The position numbers were made by a program, and so were the translations under genes. Of a stretch of DNA of 64,000 nucleotides, positions 49,287 through 59,122 are shown piece after piece (position 1 is the stretch's first letter; each line of letters begins with the position of its first letter). Source of the DNA: an uncultured Aquiluna sp. (GTDB lineage Bacteria; Actinomycetota; Actinomycetes; Actinomycetales; Microbacteriaceae); contig CAYZRV010000002.1 of NCBI GenBank assembly GCA_964480885.1, positions 55,020 to 119,019 of the forward strand. Direction: 5' to 3'. Below the pieces are notes generated by a model. That model had not been told where the DNA came from. It made no database searches and worked only from the letters and a program-made list of their open reading frames with translations.

Positions 49287-50587
49287 AGATAATCATTCGA
49301 TTGTTAGTTGGGTTGTTATCCGGTGGCGTCTTGGCTGCAGCCGTCTTTCTCCCTGCAGCCAACCCTGACAATTCTGAAAAAGCTCGAATTTTTTCGGTAG
49401 ACGTTGACCCACTTCCTCTTCAGATCGTCTGCCCTGGTGCTCTGGTTCAGGTCGCCGGTGAAAGTGGTGTTGAAGTTGGTCTGATTGAAAGAATCGGAAC
49501 AGCCAGAATTTGGTCACAGGGGTCTTCGAAGATTGAGGCAGAGGAAAGAAGTGCGCAGTCCTATCCAATTTCGGTTTCTGGAAATGAGCAATCAACAGAC
49601 CTGCTCAGCGCTATTCAGACCCAGGCTGTAGATCGCCCTCGAGCCTCTGGTCTTATGGCCGGCTACTGCGAGCAACCGGCAAGATCAGGATGGTTTGTTT
49701 CGGGGGATGGAGGTGTTGGTCGAGAGAGTGTCCTAATGGTCGGCAACCCAAATCCTGTCGACACGCAGCTGCTAATTGAATTCCATTACGGAGGAAAAGT
49801 GCTGACCGAGAGGATAGTTCTAGCGGCACAATCAGAAAGACTGATTTCTCTAGCTGCGCTCGTTGGCGTTGAACCTGCCTATGCCATCTACTTCCAATCT
49901 TCTGGATCACCGCTGTTAGTTGCCATTCAGCATCGCTATAGCGATGGGCTAACGCCACTGGGCATCTCACTGACTACAGCCATAAGGCAGGCTGAGACGA
50001 CGCAGTGGATTGCACCTCTGGAGATTTTGGCGGAAGGCTATGAAGCACCTCGGCTGAGAATCTTTGCCCCGCAAGATTCAGCAGAGGTCACCATTGAGGC
50101 TTTTGGTGTTACTAACTCTGCAGAAGTCAAAGTATCTGTTGGCTCTGGTGAACTTATTGAAACCTCCCTGAATCTGGAGAAGGGGGTATACGCCCTGAGG
50201 ATTGAAAGCACAGAGCCCGTCTTAGCCCAGGTACTGAATCCTTCCCTTTCACCGTTGGATTACTCGTGGCTATCAACTCTTGTTTCCTTTAGCTCTCTTT
50301 CCCTCCCGCTTTCAAATTTCGCTAGTGAACTGGCACTGCTAAACCCTTCAGCTGAGCAGGTGATGGTCGATGTAGAAGTTGAAAGCGAAGGTCGAATAGA
50401 GCGAACTTCACTGCAACTTAGACCAACGGAATTGCTAATGCTTCCAGTAGCGGGAGAGTCAATCCGCATCAACTCTGAATCTGAATTTATGGCTTCCCTT
50501 CGCATCCTGGATTCTGTTGGATACGAAGTAATCAACCCAAGTGAGAATTCGAATCCAGGACGTTCCCTAGAGATAGCTGTTCGCTAG
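49283..50587 (+). CDS. Membrane-anchored or exported protein of unknown function (position matches DUF5719-type proteins)
   Basis: 434 aa with one N-terminal hydrophobic helix and a 4-nt overlap with the GT2 gene. The DUF5719 assignment comes from my memory of gene order in Micrococcales annotations and is not verified. Confidence 0.5.
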   Translation: MKIIIRLLVGLLSGGVLAAAVFLPAANPDNSEKARIFSVDVDPLPLQIVCPGALVQVAGESGVEVGLIERIGTARIWSQGSSKIEAEERSAQSYPISVSGNEQSTDLLSAIQTQAVDRPRASGLMAGYCEQPARSGWFVSGDGGVGRESVLMVGNPNPVDTQLLIEFHYGGKVLTERIVLAAQSERLISLAALVGVEPAYAIYFQSSGSPLLVAIQHRYSDGLTPLGISLTTAIRQAETTQWIAPLEILAEGYEAPRLRIFAPQDSAEVTIEAFGVTNSAEVKVSVGSGELIETSLNLEKGVYALRIESTEPVLAQVLNPSLSPLDYSWLSTLVSFSSLSLPLSNFASELALLNPSAEQVMVDVEVESEGRIERTSLQLRPTELLMLPVAGESIRINSESEFMASLRILDSVGYEVINPSENSNPGRSLEIAVR

Positions 50588-50961
50588 TCGGGATGAATGA
50601 GTTCCCAGGGATCTCGATCAATTAGTTCGGCGGCCGCGGATAGAACGGTCTGCTCAATCTGAGCCCTTGAGTCAGCGCCCCTGCTTGCCAGTCTTTCGAT
50701 TGGAATTCGGTAGAGCACAATGGTCATCGTTGATTTCCTTATCGAATAGCGAGAAAGGCTCTCTCCGATTCCTAGGTCCGGGACTTCCTCGATGCGCCAA
50801 TTCAGCTCGCTGAGTTCTGGGAAGCTTGACTTTAGATAGCTGACAGTCTGTTCAACTACGAGGTTGAAAAACTGAGTTCTAGTCCCGTGCTTGAAGAGCT
50901 TGGAGGGAAGGGGCCTGCGCATGCCCCGACCATGTCGATCTCTGGATATTCGGGTTGCCAT
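50584..50961 (-). CDS. Rv3259-like conserved actinobacterial protein (often annotated as metallopeptidase family)
   Basis: 125 aa. The N-terminus RDRHGRGMRRPL and the segment IVLYRIPIERLA resemble Rv3259-family proteins as I recall them. No HExxH motif is present. Confidence 0.5.
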   Translation of the reverse strand: MATRISRDRHGRGMRRPLPSKLFKHGTRTQFFNLVVEQTVSYLKSSFPELSELNWRIEEVPDLGIGESLSRYSIRKSTMTIVLYRIPIERLASRGADSRAQIEQTVLSAAAELIDRDPWELIHPD

Positions 50962-51002
50962 GAGGGCATTGTATTCTTGGGTGTCCAGTCGAAAAGGGTG
51001 TT

Positions 51003-52388
51003 TTGGTCGACTTCAATAACTTTGTAAAAACCTACGATGTCCGAGGTTTGGTAGGCAGTGAACTAACCGAAGAGATTGTCGCCTGCTTTGGAGCTGCGTT
51101 TGCTGACGAGCTAGGCCTGCAGGGCAAAGAGCTGGTCGTTGGCCATGACATGCGTGACTCATCTCCCAGTTTTGCAACTGCTTTTGCCGCCGGTGCAAAT
51201 AGACGCGGTGCGCATGTAGCCATGATTGGTTTGTGCTCAACCGACATGAGCTACTTCGCATCGGGAAGTAAAAATCTGCCTGCTGCAATGTTTACCGCAT
51301 CTCACAATCCAGCCAGCTACAACGGAATCAAGTTTTCCAGAGCTGGCGCTCGCGGGATCAGTCTTGACACAGGGCTTGCTGCAATTCGGGATCGCGCCAA
51401 AGAGTTTCTCAGCAAGGGTATTTCCGAGGTGGCTCAGGTTGGGAATACCAAACAGCTGGATGTCATGAGCGGATACACCAACTATCTGAATCAGCTGGTG
51501 GATCTTTCGAAGATTAGAAAACTAAAGATTGTGGTTGACGCAGCCAATGGCATGGGAGGACTGACGGTTCCTGCGGTACTTGGCGCAAATCCAAACTTGG
51601 AGATAGTGGAGCTCTACTTTGAGCTGGATGGGACTTTTCCTAACCATGAGGCAAATCCACTTGATCCAAAGAACCTGGTGGATCTTCAGCAAAAAGTTTT
51701 GGCCGTGAATGCCGATATGGGTCTGGCGTTTGATGGTGATGCAGACAGGTGCTTCGTCGTTGATGAAAAAGGTCAGGCGGTTAACCCTTCCTCGGTGGCG
51801 GCAATAGTTTCCCGCCGGGAGATACAAAGGGTCAGAGGACTCGGTGAATCAGAAGTTGTCGTTCTTCATAATCTCCTCACCTCTCGCTTTGTTAGTGAAG
51901 AGATTGAAAGAAGTGGAGCCAAACCAGTTAGAACCAAAGTTGGACACTCGCTGATTAAGGACAAGATGGCTGAGACCAATGCGGTTTTCGGGGGAGAGCA
52001 CTCTGCACACTATTACTTCCGAGACTTCTGGGGAGCAGATAACGGGATGCTGGCAGCCATGCATGTCATCAGCGAGTTGGGCTCCGGTAACAAGACCATG
52101 TCTCAGTTGGCACAGGAGACCACTCCATATTTTGCATCTGGCGAGATTAACTCAACGGTCCAGGATAGGGAATCGGCCCTGGCCAGGGTTCGTGAATCCT
52201 TGGACTTCAACGAAGAGGAGGTCTTTGATGGCCACACATTCTTTGGCAATCGGGGAGATTTTTGGTGGTGGTGCAATATCCGTCCCTCAAACACCGAACC
52301 ATTGCTTAGACTAAACGTAGAGTCCAACCACGAGGCCTTGATGGTTGAGATTCGAGACAAAGCAATCCGAGCAATCAGAAACAGCTAG
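51003..52388 (+). CDS. manB: Phosphomannomutase/phosphoglucomutase (PmmA/ManB-like)
   Basis: 461 aa with the active-site loop [14 protein letters not shown], the metal loop FDGDADR and the sugar loop GGEHSAH. TTG start. Confidence 0.9.
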   Translation: MVDFNNFVKTYDVRGLVGSELTEEIVACFGAAFADELGLQGKELVVGHDMRDSSPSFATAFAAGANRRGAHVAMIGLCSTDMSYFASGSKNLPAAMFTASHNPASYNGIKFSRAGARGISLDTGLAAIRDRAKEFLSKGISEVAQVGNTKQLDVMSGYTNYLNQLVDLSKIRKLKIVVDAANGMGGLTVPAVLGANPNLEIVELYFELDGTFPNHEANPLDPKNLVDLQQKVLAVNADMGLAFDGDADRCFVVDEKGQAVNPSSVAAIVSRREIQRVRGLGESEVVVLHNLLTSRFVSEEIERSGAKPVRTKVGHSLIKDKMAETNAVFGGEHSAHYYFRDFWGADNGMLAAMHVISELGSGNKTMSQLAQETTPYFASGEINSTVQDRESALARVRESLDFNEEEVFDGHTFFGNRGDFWWWCNIRPSNTEPLLRLNVESNHEALMVEIRDKAIRAIRNS

Positions 52389-52411
52389 TTTCGATCCCAG
52401 AGAGGCAGCAA

Positions 52412-53866
52412 ATGACTAAGACCTTGACCAAGGCCGACTTCCGCGTAAAAGATCTATCCCTAGCCGAATACGGACGTCATCAGATTCGTCTGGCTGAGGC
52501 AGAAATGCCAGGGCTAATGGCACTGAGAGAAGAGTTCGGTCCTCACCAACCACTGCGTGGTGCCAGAATCGCTGGCTCCTTGCACATGACCATTCAGACC
52601 GCGGTGCTGATCGAAACTTTGGTTTCACTTGGAGCCTCCGTGCGTTGGGCAAGCTGCAATATTTTCTCCACCCAGGATGAAGCTGCGGCGGCTGTTGTGG
52701 TTGGTGATGGCACGGTTGAAAACCCAAACGGAACTCCAGTATTTGCCTGGAAGGGTGAGACTTTGGAGGAGTACTGGTGGTGCACAGAGCGCATCCTAGA
52801 TTTCTCTGATGAGGGTTTCGATGGTCCCAACATGATCTTGGATGATGGCGGAGACGCAACCCTGCTGGTTCACAAGGGTGTCGAGTTTGAGGCAGCGGGC
52901 AGCGTGCCTGAGGATTCACCGAATGATTCGACCGAATACAAAGTAGTGCTTCAGCTCCTTAGAAGCATGATTGAAAGAGATGGCTCTTACTTCACCCGTA
53001 TTGCTAAAGAAATTAAGGGAGTGTCGGAGGAGACAACCACTGGCGTTCACAGACTTTATGACTTCCACAAAAACGGCAAACTTCTGTTTCCTGCCATCAA
53101 TGTCAACGATGCAGTAACCAAGAGCAAGTTTGATAACAAGTATGGAATCAGACACTCGCTTCCAGACGGCATTAATCGTGCAACCGATGTTCTAATCGGA
53201 GGAAAGGTTGCATTTGTTGCTGGCTACGGCGATGTCGGCAAGGGCTCGGCCGAGGCACTTCGCGGTCAGGGTGCCAGAGTGATTATCAGTGAAGTCGATC
53301 CAATCTGTGCGCTGCAGGCGGCAATGGATGGTTACCAGGTTGCACGACTCGAGAGTGTCATTGATCAAGTTGACATCTTTGTGACATCAACTGGTAACGA
53401 GAACATCATTAGGCCTGAACACCTATTGCAGATGAAGAATCTGGCAATTCTTGCCAATGTTGGTCACTTCGACAATGAAATTGACATGGCTGGAATCGAG
53501 AAGATGCCAGGTATCGAGAAGATTGAGATTAAGCCGCAGGTGCATGAGTATCGACTGCCGAACGGCAGATCCGTGCTAATCCTGTCCGAGGGAAGGCTGA
53601 TGAACCTGGGTAATGCCACCGGCCACCCCAGCTTTGTTATGTCCACCTCGTTCTCCAACCAGGTTCTCGCCCAAATCGAGCTCTTCACCAAGCCGGGAGA
53701 ATACCCATTGGGTGTCCACATAATGCCTAAGTCACTGGATGAAAAGGTGGCCAGATTGCACCTGGATGCACTCGGTGTTGAGCTGACCCCGCTGACTGAT
53801 GCTCAAGCCCGCTACATTGGAGTTGATGTAGCTGGCCCATATAAGGTGGACCACTACCGCTACTAG
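52412..53866 (+). CDS. ahcY: Adenosylhomocysteinase
   Basis: 484 aa with a typical SAHH sequence ([12 protein letters not shown] fold [17 protein letters not shown]). Confidence 0.95.
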   Translation: MTKTLTKADFRVKDLSLAEYGRHQIRLAEAEMPGLMALREEFGPHQPLRGARIAGSLHMTIQTAVLIETLVSLGASVRWASCNIFSTQDEAAAAVVVGDGTVENPNGTPVFAWKGETLEEYWWCTERILDFSDEGFDGPNMILDDGGDATLLVHKGVEFEAAGSVPEDSPNDSTEYKVVLQLLRSMIERDGSYFTRIAKEIKGVSEETTTGVHRLYDFHKNGKLLFPAINVNDAVTKSKFDNKYGIRHSLPDGINRATDVLIGGKVAFVAGYGDVGKGSAEALRGQGARVIISEVDPICALQAAMDGYQVARLESVIDQVDIFVTSTGNENIIRPEHLLQMKNLAILANVGHFDNEIDMAGIEKMPGIEKIEIKPQVHEYRLPNGRSVLILSEGRLMNLGNATGHPSFVMSTSFSNQVLAQIELFTKPGEYPLGVHIMPKSLDEKVARLHLDALGVELTPLTDAQARYIGVDVAGPYKVDHYRY

Positions 53867-53877
53867 TTGGAGGTGCC

Positions 53878-54558
53878 ATGTCGCACAGGATTTTGGTCGT
53901 TGATGACGACGATGCCCTGCGTGAGATGGTGGGTCTAGTCCTCTCTGCTAACGGGTACTCTCCTGTGTTTGCAGCTGATGGCATCAGCGCAGTTGAGACT
54001 TTTAAGTCACAAAACCCTGATCTAGTTTTGTTGGACATCATGCTTCCTGGACAAAGCGGCATTGAGGTTTGTAGATCAATCAGAAACTTATCCGGGGTGC
54101 CGATTGTCATGCTCACGGCCAAGGGTGATACCGATGATGTCGTCGCTGGTTTGGAGGCTGGGGCTGATGACTATGTGGTGAAGCCACACAACGGAGCTGA
54201 ACTGATTGCTCGTATCCGCGCAAGGCTGAGACCAATTTCTGATGACTCGGCTGTTGTTCAGCTGGGGCCACTTAGTTTGGATCCCAAAACATTCGAGGTT
54301 AGAAGAGGAAGCAGTTTGCTTTCGCTAACGCCTCTGGAATTTAAACTCCTACACACCCTTGCCTCTAAACCTCAGCAGGTATTTAGTCGAGAGATGCTTT
54401 TAGAACAGGTTTGGGGGTATCAGTACAAGGCAGATACCCGATTGGTGAATGTTCACGTTCAACGTCTTCGTTCGAAGGTGGAGGACGATCCTGAGAATCC
54501 AAGAATCGTGATGACAGTGCGCGGTCACGGTTACCGTGCTGGCTCCGACAATCTGTGA
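53878..54558 (+). CDS. mtrA: OmpR-family response regulator MtrA
   Basis: 226 aa with a receiver domain (ILVVDDD, LLDIMLPG) plus a winged-helix output domain. It is followed by mtrB and lpqB. Confidence 0.9.
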   Translation: MSHRILVVDDDDALREMVGLVLSANGYSPVFAADGISAVETFKSQNPDLVLLDIMLPGQSGIEVCRSIRNLSGVPIVMLTAKGDTDDVVAGLEAGADDYVVKPHNGAELIARIRARLRPISDDSAVVQLGPLSLDPKTFEVRRGSSLLSLTPLEFKLLHTLASKPQQVFSREMLLEQVWGYQYKADTRLVNVHVQRLRSKVEDDPENPRIVMTVRGHGYRAGSDNL

Positions 54559-56096
54559 TTAAGTTATTTCGTCGCTCACTAACCGCTAGAGCAGTACTAA
54601 CGACAATTATTCTCGGTGGTCTTTCCGTCACAATCATCGGGAGCTTCCTCTCGTACTCCTTGGCCAATAGCTTTTATCAAAACCGACTAAGCCAGGTGTT
54701 GTTGGAGAGTGAGCGCGCTGTCGACTCGGTGCAGACGACAATTGCCGCAAGCTCACTGAATGATGAAACTGCCCTTCAAACACTGCTCAACTCGTTCGTA
54801 CCTTCTTTGGAAATAACCGGTGGATCGGCTCCCCGTCAGGTTGCCCTGCTTCGCACACCTGGACAAGGGCAGTTGCAACTGTTTCAATCACCCATTTCTC
54901 AGAATCTAGATCTGCAGGCTATTCCTGATCAGTTGCGGGAAGGCGTTCGGGCATCTGCAGGCAGACTGACTTATACGCCTGTCTCACTTGGAAGACAGGA
55001 TGATCCGATTCCAGGAATCACAGTCGGTATTCCTCTCGCTATTCCCATCGCGGGGGACTTTGAGCTCTATCTCATCTACAGCCTCGAGGCCGAAAAACAA
55101 GCACTTGCTCTTGTCCAGAATGCTCTGCTGATCGGTGGTCTGTTTCTTCTGGCAATGATTGGAGCTGCCAGCTACTTGGTTACTCGAAGACTGGTTTCCC
55201 CAGTCGAGCAGGCAGCCGAGGCTGCCCAGCAAATTTCCGAGGGAAATCTTGATCAGCGCCTCCCGGAGCAGGGGGAGGACATCATTGCAGTCCTTGCTAA
55301 ATCCTTTAACAAGATGGCCACCAGCCTTCAGACGCAGATTGAAAGACTGGATGCACTATCCAGAATGCAGCGTCGATTCGTCTCAGATGTTTCCCACGAG
55401 CTAAGAACACCGCTGACCACCATTAAGTTAGCTGGCGAGGTTTTGTTTTCCAACCGTTCCAAGTTAGAACCCTCACTCACCAGATCAGCGGAGTTATTGC
55501 AGGATCAAATTGAGAGGTTTGATCGCTTGCTCAGTGACCTGTTAGAAATCTCTCGCTATGACGCCGGTGCAGTTGTTCCTGAATTTGAATCTCACGACAT
55601 CAAATCCGTCGCTGCCGCCGCCATCAAATCCATCGAGCCACTATCCAAAAACAGTGGCTCATCTGTTGAACTTGTTGCTCCTGAAGAAACAATTAGGGCT
55701 GATATAGATGCCAGACGAATCGAGAGATTACTGAGAAATCTTCTCTCCAATGCCGTTGAGCATGGTGAAGGAAAACCAATCGTCGTTGAGGTTGGTCAAA
55801 ACTCACAGGCCGTTGCAATATGTGTGACGGATCGAGGAGTTGGAATGACTCGTAGTCAGCTGGAAAGAGTCTTTGACAGATTCTGGCGAGCAGACCCTTC
55901 CCGCCAGCGATCGGTGGGTGGAACTGGGTTGGGATTGGCGATTTCTAAAGAGGATTCTGCTCTTCACAGAGGCTGGCTTCAGGTTTGGTCCAAGCCGCGG
56001 GTGGGAACAAGTTTCCGATTGACTCTTCCAAAGAACAAAGATGCAGTCATTGCGAATTCCCCCCTGCCGCTTCCACCCAGGTTGTTGGAGGCGTGA
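54555..56096 (+). CDS. mtrB: Sensor histidine kinase MtrB
   Basis: 513 aa with two TM segments, HAMP, the H-box FVSDVSHELRTPLT, and N and G boxes (LLSNAVEHG, DRGVGM, GGTGLGLAI). Confidence 0.9.
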   Translation: MIKLFRRSLTARAVLTTIILGGLSVTIIGSFLSYSLANSFYQNRLSQVLLESERAVDSVQTTIAASSLNDETALQTLLNSFVPSLEITGGSAPRQVALLRTPGQGQLQLFQSPISQNLDLQAIPDQLREGVRASAGRLTYTPVSLGRQDDPIPGITVGIPLAIPIAGDFELYLIYSLEAEKQALALVQNALLIGGLFLLAMIGAASYLVTRRLVSPVEQAAEAAQQISEGNLDQRLPEQGEDIIAVLAKSFNKMATSLQTQIERLDALSRMQRRFVSDVSHELRTPLTTIKLAGEVLFSNRSKLEPSLTRSAELLQDQIERFDRLLSDLLEISRYDAGAVVPEFESHDIKSVAAAAIKSIEPLSKNSGSSVELVAPEETIRADIDARRIERLLRNLLSNAVEHGEGKPIVVEVGQNSQAVAICVTDRGVGMTRSQLERVFDRFWRADPSRQRSVGGTGLGLAISKEDSALHRGWLQVWSKPRVGTSFRLTLPKNKDAVIANSPLPLPPRLLEA

Positions 56097-57742
56097 TGAA
56101 GAGGTTGGTTGCGCTCACAGTCGTCTTGTTGCTCAGCGGGTGTGCCAGTTTGCCGACTTCGGTAAGTATTCAGACAGGCCCTGAACTTACTTCGCCCGAG
56201 CAGCAGGAGATCGCATATTTCTCTCCATCTGGTCCAGCTAGTGGAGCATCGCCAGCAGAAATAGTGAACGGCTTTCTAGCAGCTGGAACTGGTCCCCAGA
56301 ATGACTACGCAATTGCTCGGGAATTTCTCTCGGACGCATTTGCACCAAGGTGGCGTCCGGGAGGACAGACACTGATTCGAGTCGGCGGTTATCAGCTCCA
56401 GGCAGCTGGAGAGTCCTTGCAGGTTGCGACTTTGACCATCGGTGCCAGAGTTGATGAGTTTGGTCGCTTTGAAGCGGTGACTCCAAATGTGTCAAATCTC
56501 AGATTTAGATTGGCGATGGAGGATGGGGAATGGCGCATCACCAGTGCCCCCAATCTAACCGTTGTGACGGTGCCGGTCTTCGGAGTTGTCTTCTCTCAGT
56601 TTCCGATTTACTTTCTAGATTCGACCTCCACGCAGCTGGTTGCTGACCTTAGGTGGTTTCCAAATCGCGCATCAATCGCCACTCAGCTTGTCTCATCGCT
56701 TCTTGAGGGACCACAACCTTGGTTGAACGATTCTGTCCTTTCCGCGATACCAGCGGGAACTCAGCTGCAGGTTAATGCTGTTTTGGTTCAAGACGGGGTC
56801 GCGGTGGTTGACCTGGATGCCAATGCAATCTCTGCGGACAATCGACAAAGGGGACTTCTTCTTGCCCAGCTTCGATCCACCCTCTTACAGCTGTCTGGAG
56901 TTTTGGATGTGGTGGTATCAATTGCAGGAGCAAGGCAAGACATCGAACCGGCTTCAATCCTGCCCTTCCCTCCAGCATCTTCGTTCGCTTTGACGGACGA
57001 CGGCATTGTTCGTCTCAGTGGATCTGAGGCGGGACTGCTAATTGGTTCAGAGGAAATCGTTCGGCAACTCAATCCTCGACACCTAGCGGTTGGTTCCTCA
57101 GGTCAATCATTGGTGATTTCAAACTCCAATGGAGTTTTCCGTTTGGTCGGGGGAGAAGCTGGATTTGAAGCTGAACAGATTAGTGAAATTGGCCAGGTTG
57201 TGGATTTGCAGATCGATGGCTTTGGAAATGTTTGGATCTTCAGAGACAGCGAAGAGAATCAGATAGAAGTCATTGACTCATCAGGAAATGCTGAATTCCT
57301 CACACTTCCCATTGGCAGCAGGGTGGTGAGCGCTGCTGTCTCACCAGAGGGGGCAAGGCTTGCCGTTTTGTCGTCCGACGGAAACCAATCAATCAAAATT
57401 TATGGAGTGGTCAGAAACCAGGATGGATTACCCCTGAGACTTGCCTCGAGTATCGAGCTGGAGCCATCAGCAGGCAGGGCTGTTTCACTCAGCTGGTATC
57501 AGCCAAGTTTTCTAAGAGTTCTGGAAAAAACCGCATCCGGGCTCGGGGCAATAAGTGAATATCCGGTGAGTGGTCCCAGGTTACAGAGACTGGCTCCGCC
57601 AGTTCCAGGACTGGTATTGGAAACTGGCTTTGCCTTGATTGACAGCTACATGCTCTCAGAGGCCAGGGATGTTTGGCAGCTTACTAACAACTCCTGGCGA
57701 CGCATTCAGACTCAAGTGCGCGATATTTCCACAGGACGTTAG
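56096..57742 (+). CDS. lpqB: Lipoprotein LpqB
   Basis: I prefer the start MKRLVALTVVLLLSGCAS (lipobox) at 56096, which overlaps the mtrB stop (TGATG). The ORF-track start at 55985 lies inside mtrB. The mtrA-mtrB-lpqB order is conserved. Confidence 0.85.
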   Translation: MKRLVALTVVLLLSGCASLPTSVSIQTGPELTSPEQQEIAYFSPSGPASGASPAEIVNGFLAAGTGPQNDYAIAREFLSDAFAPRWRPGGQTLIRVGGYQLQAAGESLQVATLTIGARVDEFGRFEAVTPNVSNLRFRLAMEDGEWRITSAPNLTVVTVPVFGVVFSQFPIYFLDSTSTQLVADLRWFPNRASIATQLVSSLLEGPQPWLNDSVLSAIPAGTQLQVNAVLVQDGVAVVDLDANAISADNRQRGLLLAQLRSTLLQLSGVLDVVVSIAGARQDIEPASILPFPPASSFALTDDGIVRLSGSEAGLLIGSEEIVRQLNPRHLAVGSSGQSLVISNSNGVFRLVGGEAGFEAEQISEIGQVVDLQIDGFGNVWIFRDSEENQIEVIDSSGNAEFLTLPIGSRVVSAAVSPEGARLAVLSSDGNQSIKIYGVVRNQDGLPLRLASSIELEPSAGRAVSLSWYQPSFLRVLEKTASGLGAISEYPVSGPRLQRLAPPVPGLVLETGFALIDSYMLSEARDVWQLTNNSWRRIQTQVRDISTGR

Positions 57743-57769
57743 ACACTCAGTTCTTCACCGCAGAGACCT

Positions 57770-58414
57770 TTGCTCGGTGAAGGCCAAGAAATTACTGGCA
57801 GCTTTCTTGGCATGCTTCTTGACTTTTTTCTTCCAGCAGAGTGCGTGATTTGTGGCCGGCTTCCTAAGCCAGTGTGTTCAAAGTGCACACCTGCACCCAA
57901 GTCTCTGCAAACGAAATTCCAAGGTCTGCCTTTGTATTACTCAAGTGCCTTGGATGGCAATCTAGAAAAGCTGATTACTCACTACAAGGATAAGCAGAGG
58001 ATGTCACTTGAAAAACACCTTGTTTCACACTTGAACCAAATAGCCCAAGAGGCCGAAAGAATTCTTCCTTTCGATGCTATTTCGATTCCTCCAAAGAACA
58101 GGCTCAACTTTAGAAAGCGCGGTTTTCATCCAATTAGTCGTTTGGTTTCTTCTTCAATTCTGGGTAAGTATCCACTCGTCAATACCAGTCCAATTCGTCA
58201 GCTAAGCGATCAACGGTCTTTGGATTTTGCTGGCAGAAGTGAAAACCTTGCGGGTGCCTATTTGATGCAGAAGGGAAGTGGCAGAATCCTGCTGGTCGAT
58301 GATGTCATGACTACTGGTGCTACGGTCACCGAACTAATCCGATCGGCCAGGGCGGCTGGTTATTGTCCAGTAGGAATCTGTGTAGTTGCTAGGAGATTGC
58401 CCAGACCATTTTGA
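57770..58414 (+). CDS. ComF-family phosphoribosyltransferase-domain protein
   Basis: N-terminal Cys pairs CVICG...CSKC and the C-terminal PRTase motif LLVDDVMTTGAT. The start is uncertain and could be M15 at 57812. Confidence 0.75.
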   Translation: MLGEGQEITGSFLGMLLDFFLPAECVICGRLPKPVCSKCTPAPKSLQTKFQGLPLYYSSALDGNLEKLITHYKDKQRMSLEKHLVSHLNQIAQEAERILPFDAISIPPKNRLNFRKRGFHPISRLVSSSILGKYPLVNTSPIRQLSDQRSLDFAGRSENLAGAYLMQKGSGRILLVDDVMTTGATVTELIRSARAAGYCPVGICVVARRLPRPF

Positions 58415-58472
58415 CAGTCTGACAAATAGGCGTAGCTTGGAGTTGAATTCAGCTCACAAACTGGAGGTCATA

Positions 58473-59081
58473 ATGGAAATTCGTTACACGGCAAAAAACC
58501 TCATTGTTTCTGATCGCTTCAAGGCATATGTCTCTGAAAAGGCAACCAAAGTCGAGCAGTATGCTCACCGACCTCAAGAACTCAATATCAAGGTGACAAG
58601 GTATGAGCACAATCGAAACTCAGGTCAAGAAGACTCTGTCGAGTTGACTGTTTTTGAACCTGGCCACATTGTCAGGGCTGAGGCAAGAGCAAGCGACAAA
58701 TTTGCCGCCTTTGATGTTGCTTTTCAAAAACTAGTTGAACGACTGCGCAGGTATGCCGATCGCCACAAAGTTCACCGCGGTGGTAATCATCAAAGGATTG
58801 GCGTGAGTGAACTAACCGCGGAATCTTTCGCAAGACTGGACATCACCCCGGTCGACCATGACGTATTGACCGGTGAGATCCCGATTGTTACTGAGGAGGT
58901 TGGCTTAGTAATTAGAGAGAAACTTTTCACCAAAAAGCCCATGAGCCGCCAGGATGCTGTGGATCAGATGGAGCTGGTTGGTCATGATTTCTATCTCTTC
59001 TTCGACTCGGAAACCAACCGCCCTTCCGTTGTTTATCGCCGAAAGGGCTATAGCTACGGGGTTATCAGCCTTAGCGACTAG
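58473..59081 (+). CDS. hpf: Ribosome hibernation promoting factor, long form
   Basis: MEIRYTAKNLIVSDRFKAYV... has an S30AE/RaiA N-terminal domain plus a C-terminal dimerisation domain (MSRQDAVDQMELVGHDFYLFFD). GGAGG lies 6 nt upstream of the ATG at 58473. The ORF-track start at 58386 overlaps comF. Confidence 0.9.
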   Translation: MEIRYTAKNLIVSDRFKAYVSEKATKVEQYAHRPQELNIKVTRYEHNRNSGQEDSVELTVFEPGHIVRAEARASDKFAAFDVAFQKLVERLRRYADRHKVHRGGNHQRIGVSELTAESFARLDITPVDHDVLTGEIPIVTEEVGLVIREKLFTKKPMSRQDAVDQMELVGHDFYLFFDSETNRPSVVYRRKGYSYGVISLSD

Positions 59082-59122
59082 CAAAGTCGCGACTAGAATT
59101 ACCAAGTTATTAAGGAGCTCCA

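Noticed and set aside
55985-56095. N-terminal extension of the lpqB ORF in the ORF track
   Set aside because: The extension lies inside the mtrB coding region. An ATG at 56096 immediately precedes a textbook lipoprotein signal peptide. The same reasoning applies to the extensions of hpf (58386-58472), sdhB (16875-16925), ribD (13578-13640), the PNP gene (32091-32159) and the BMP lipoprotein (20737-20766).
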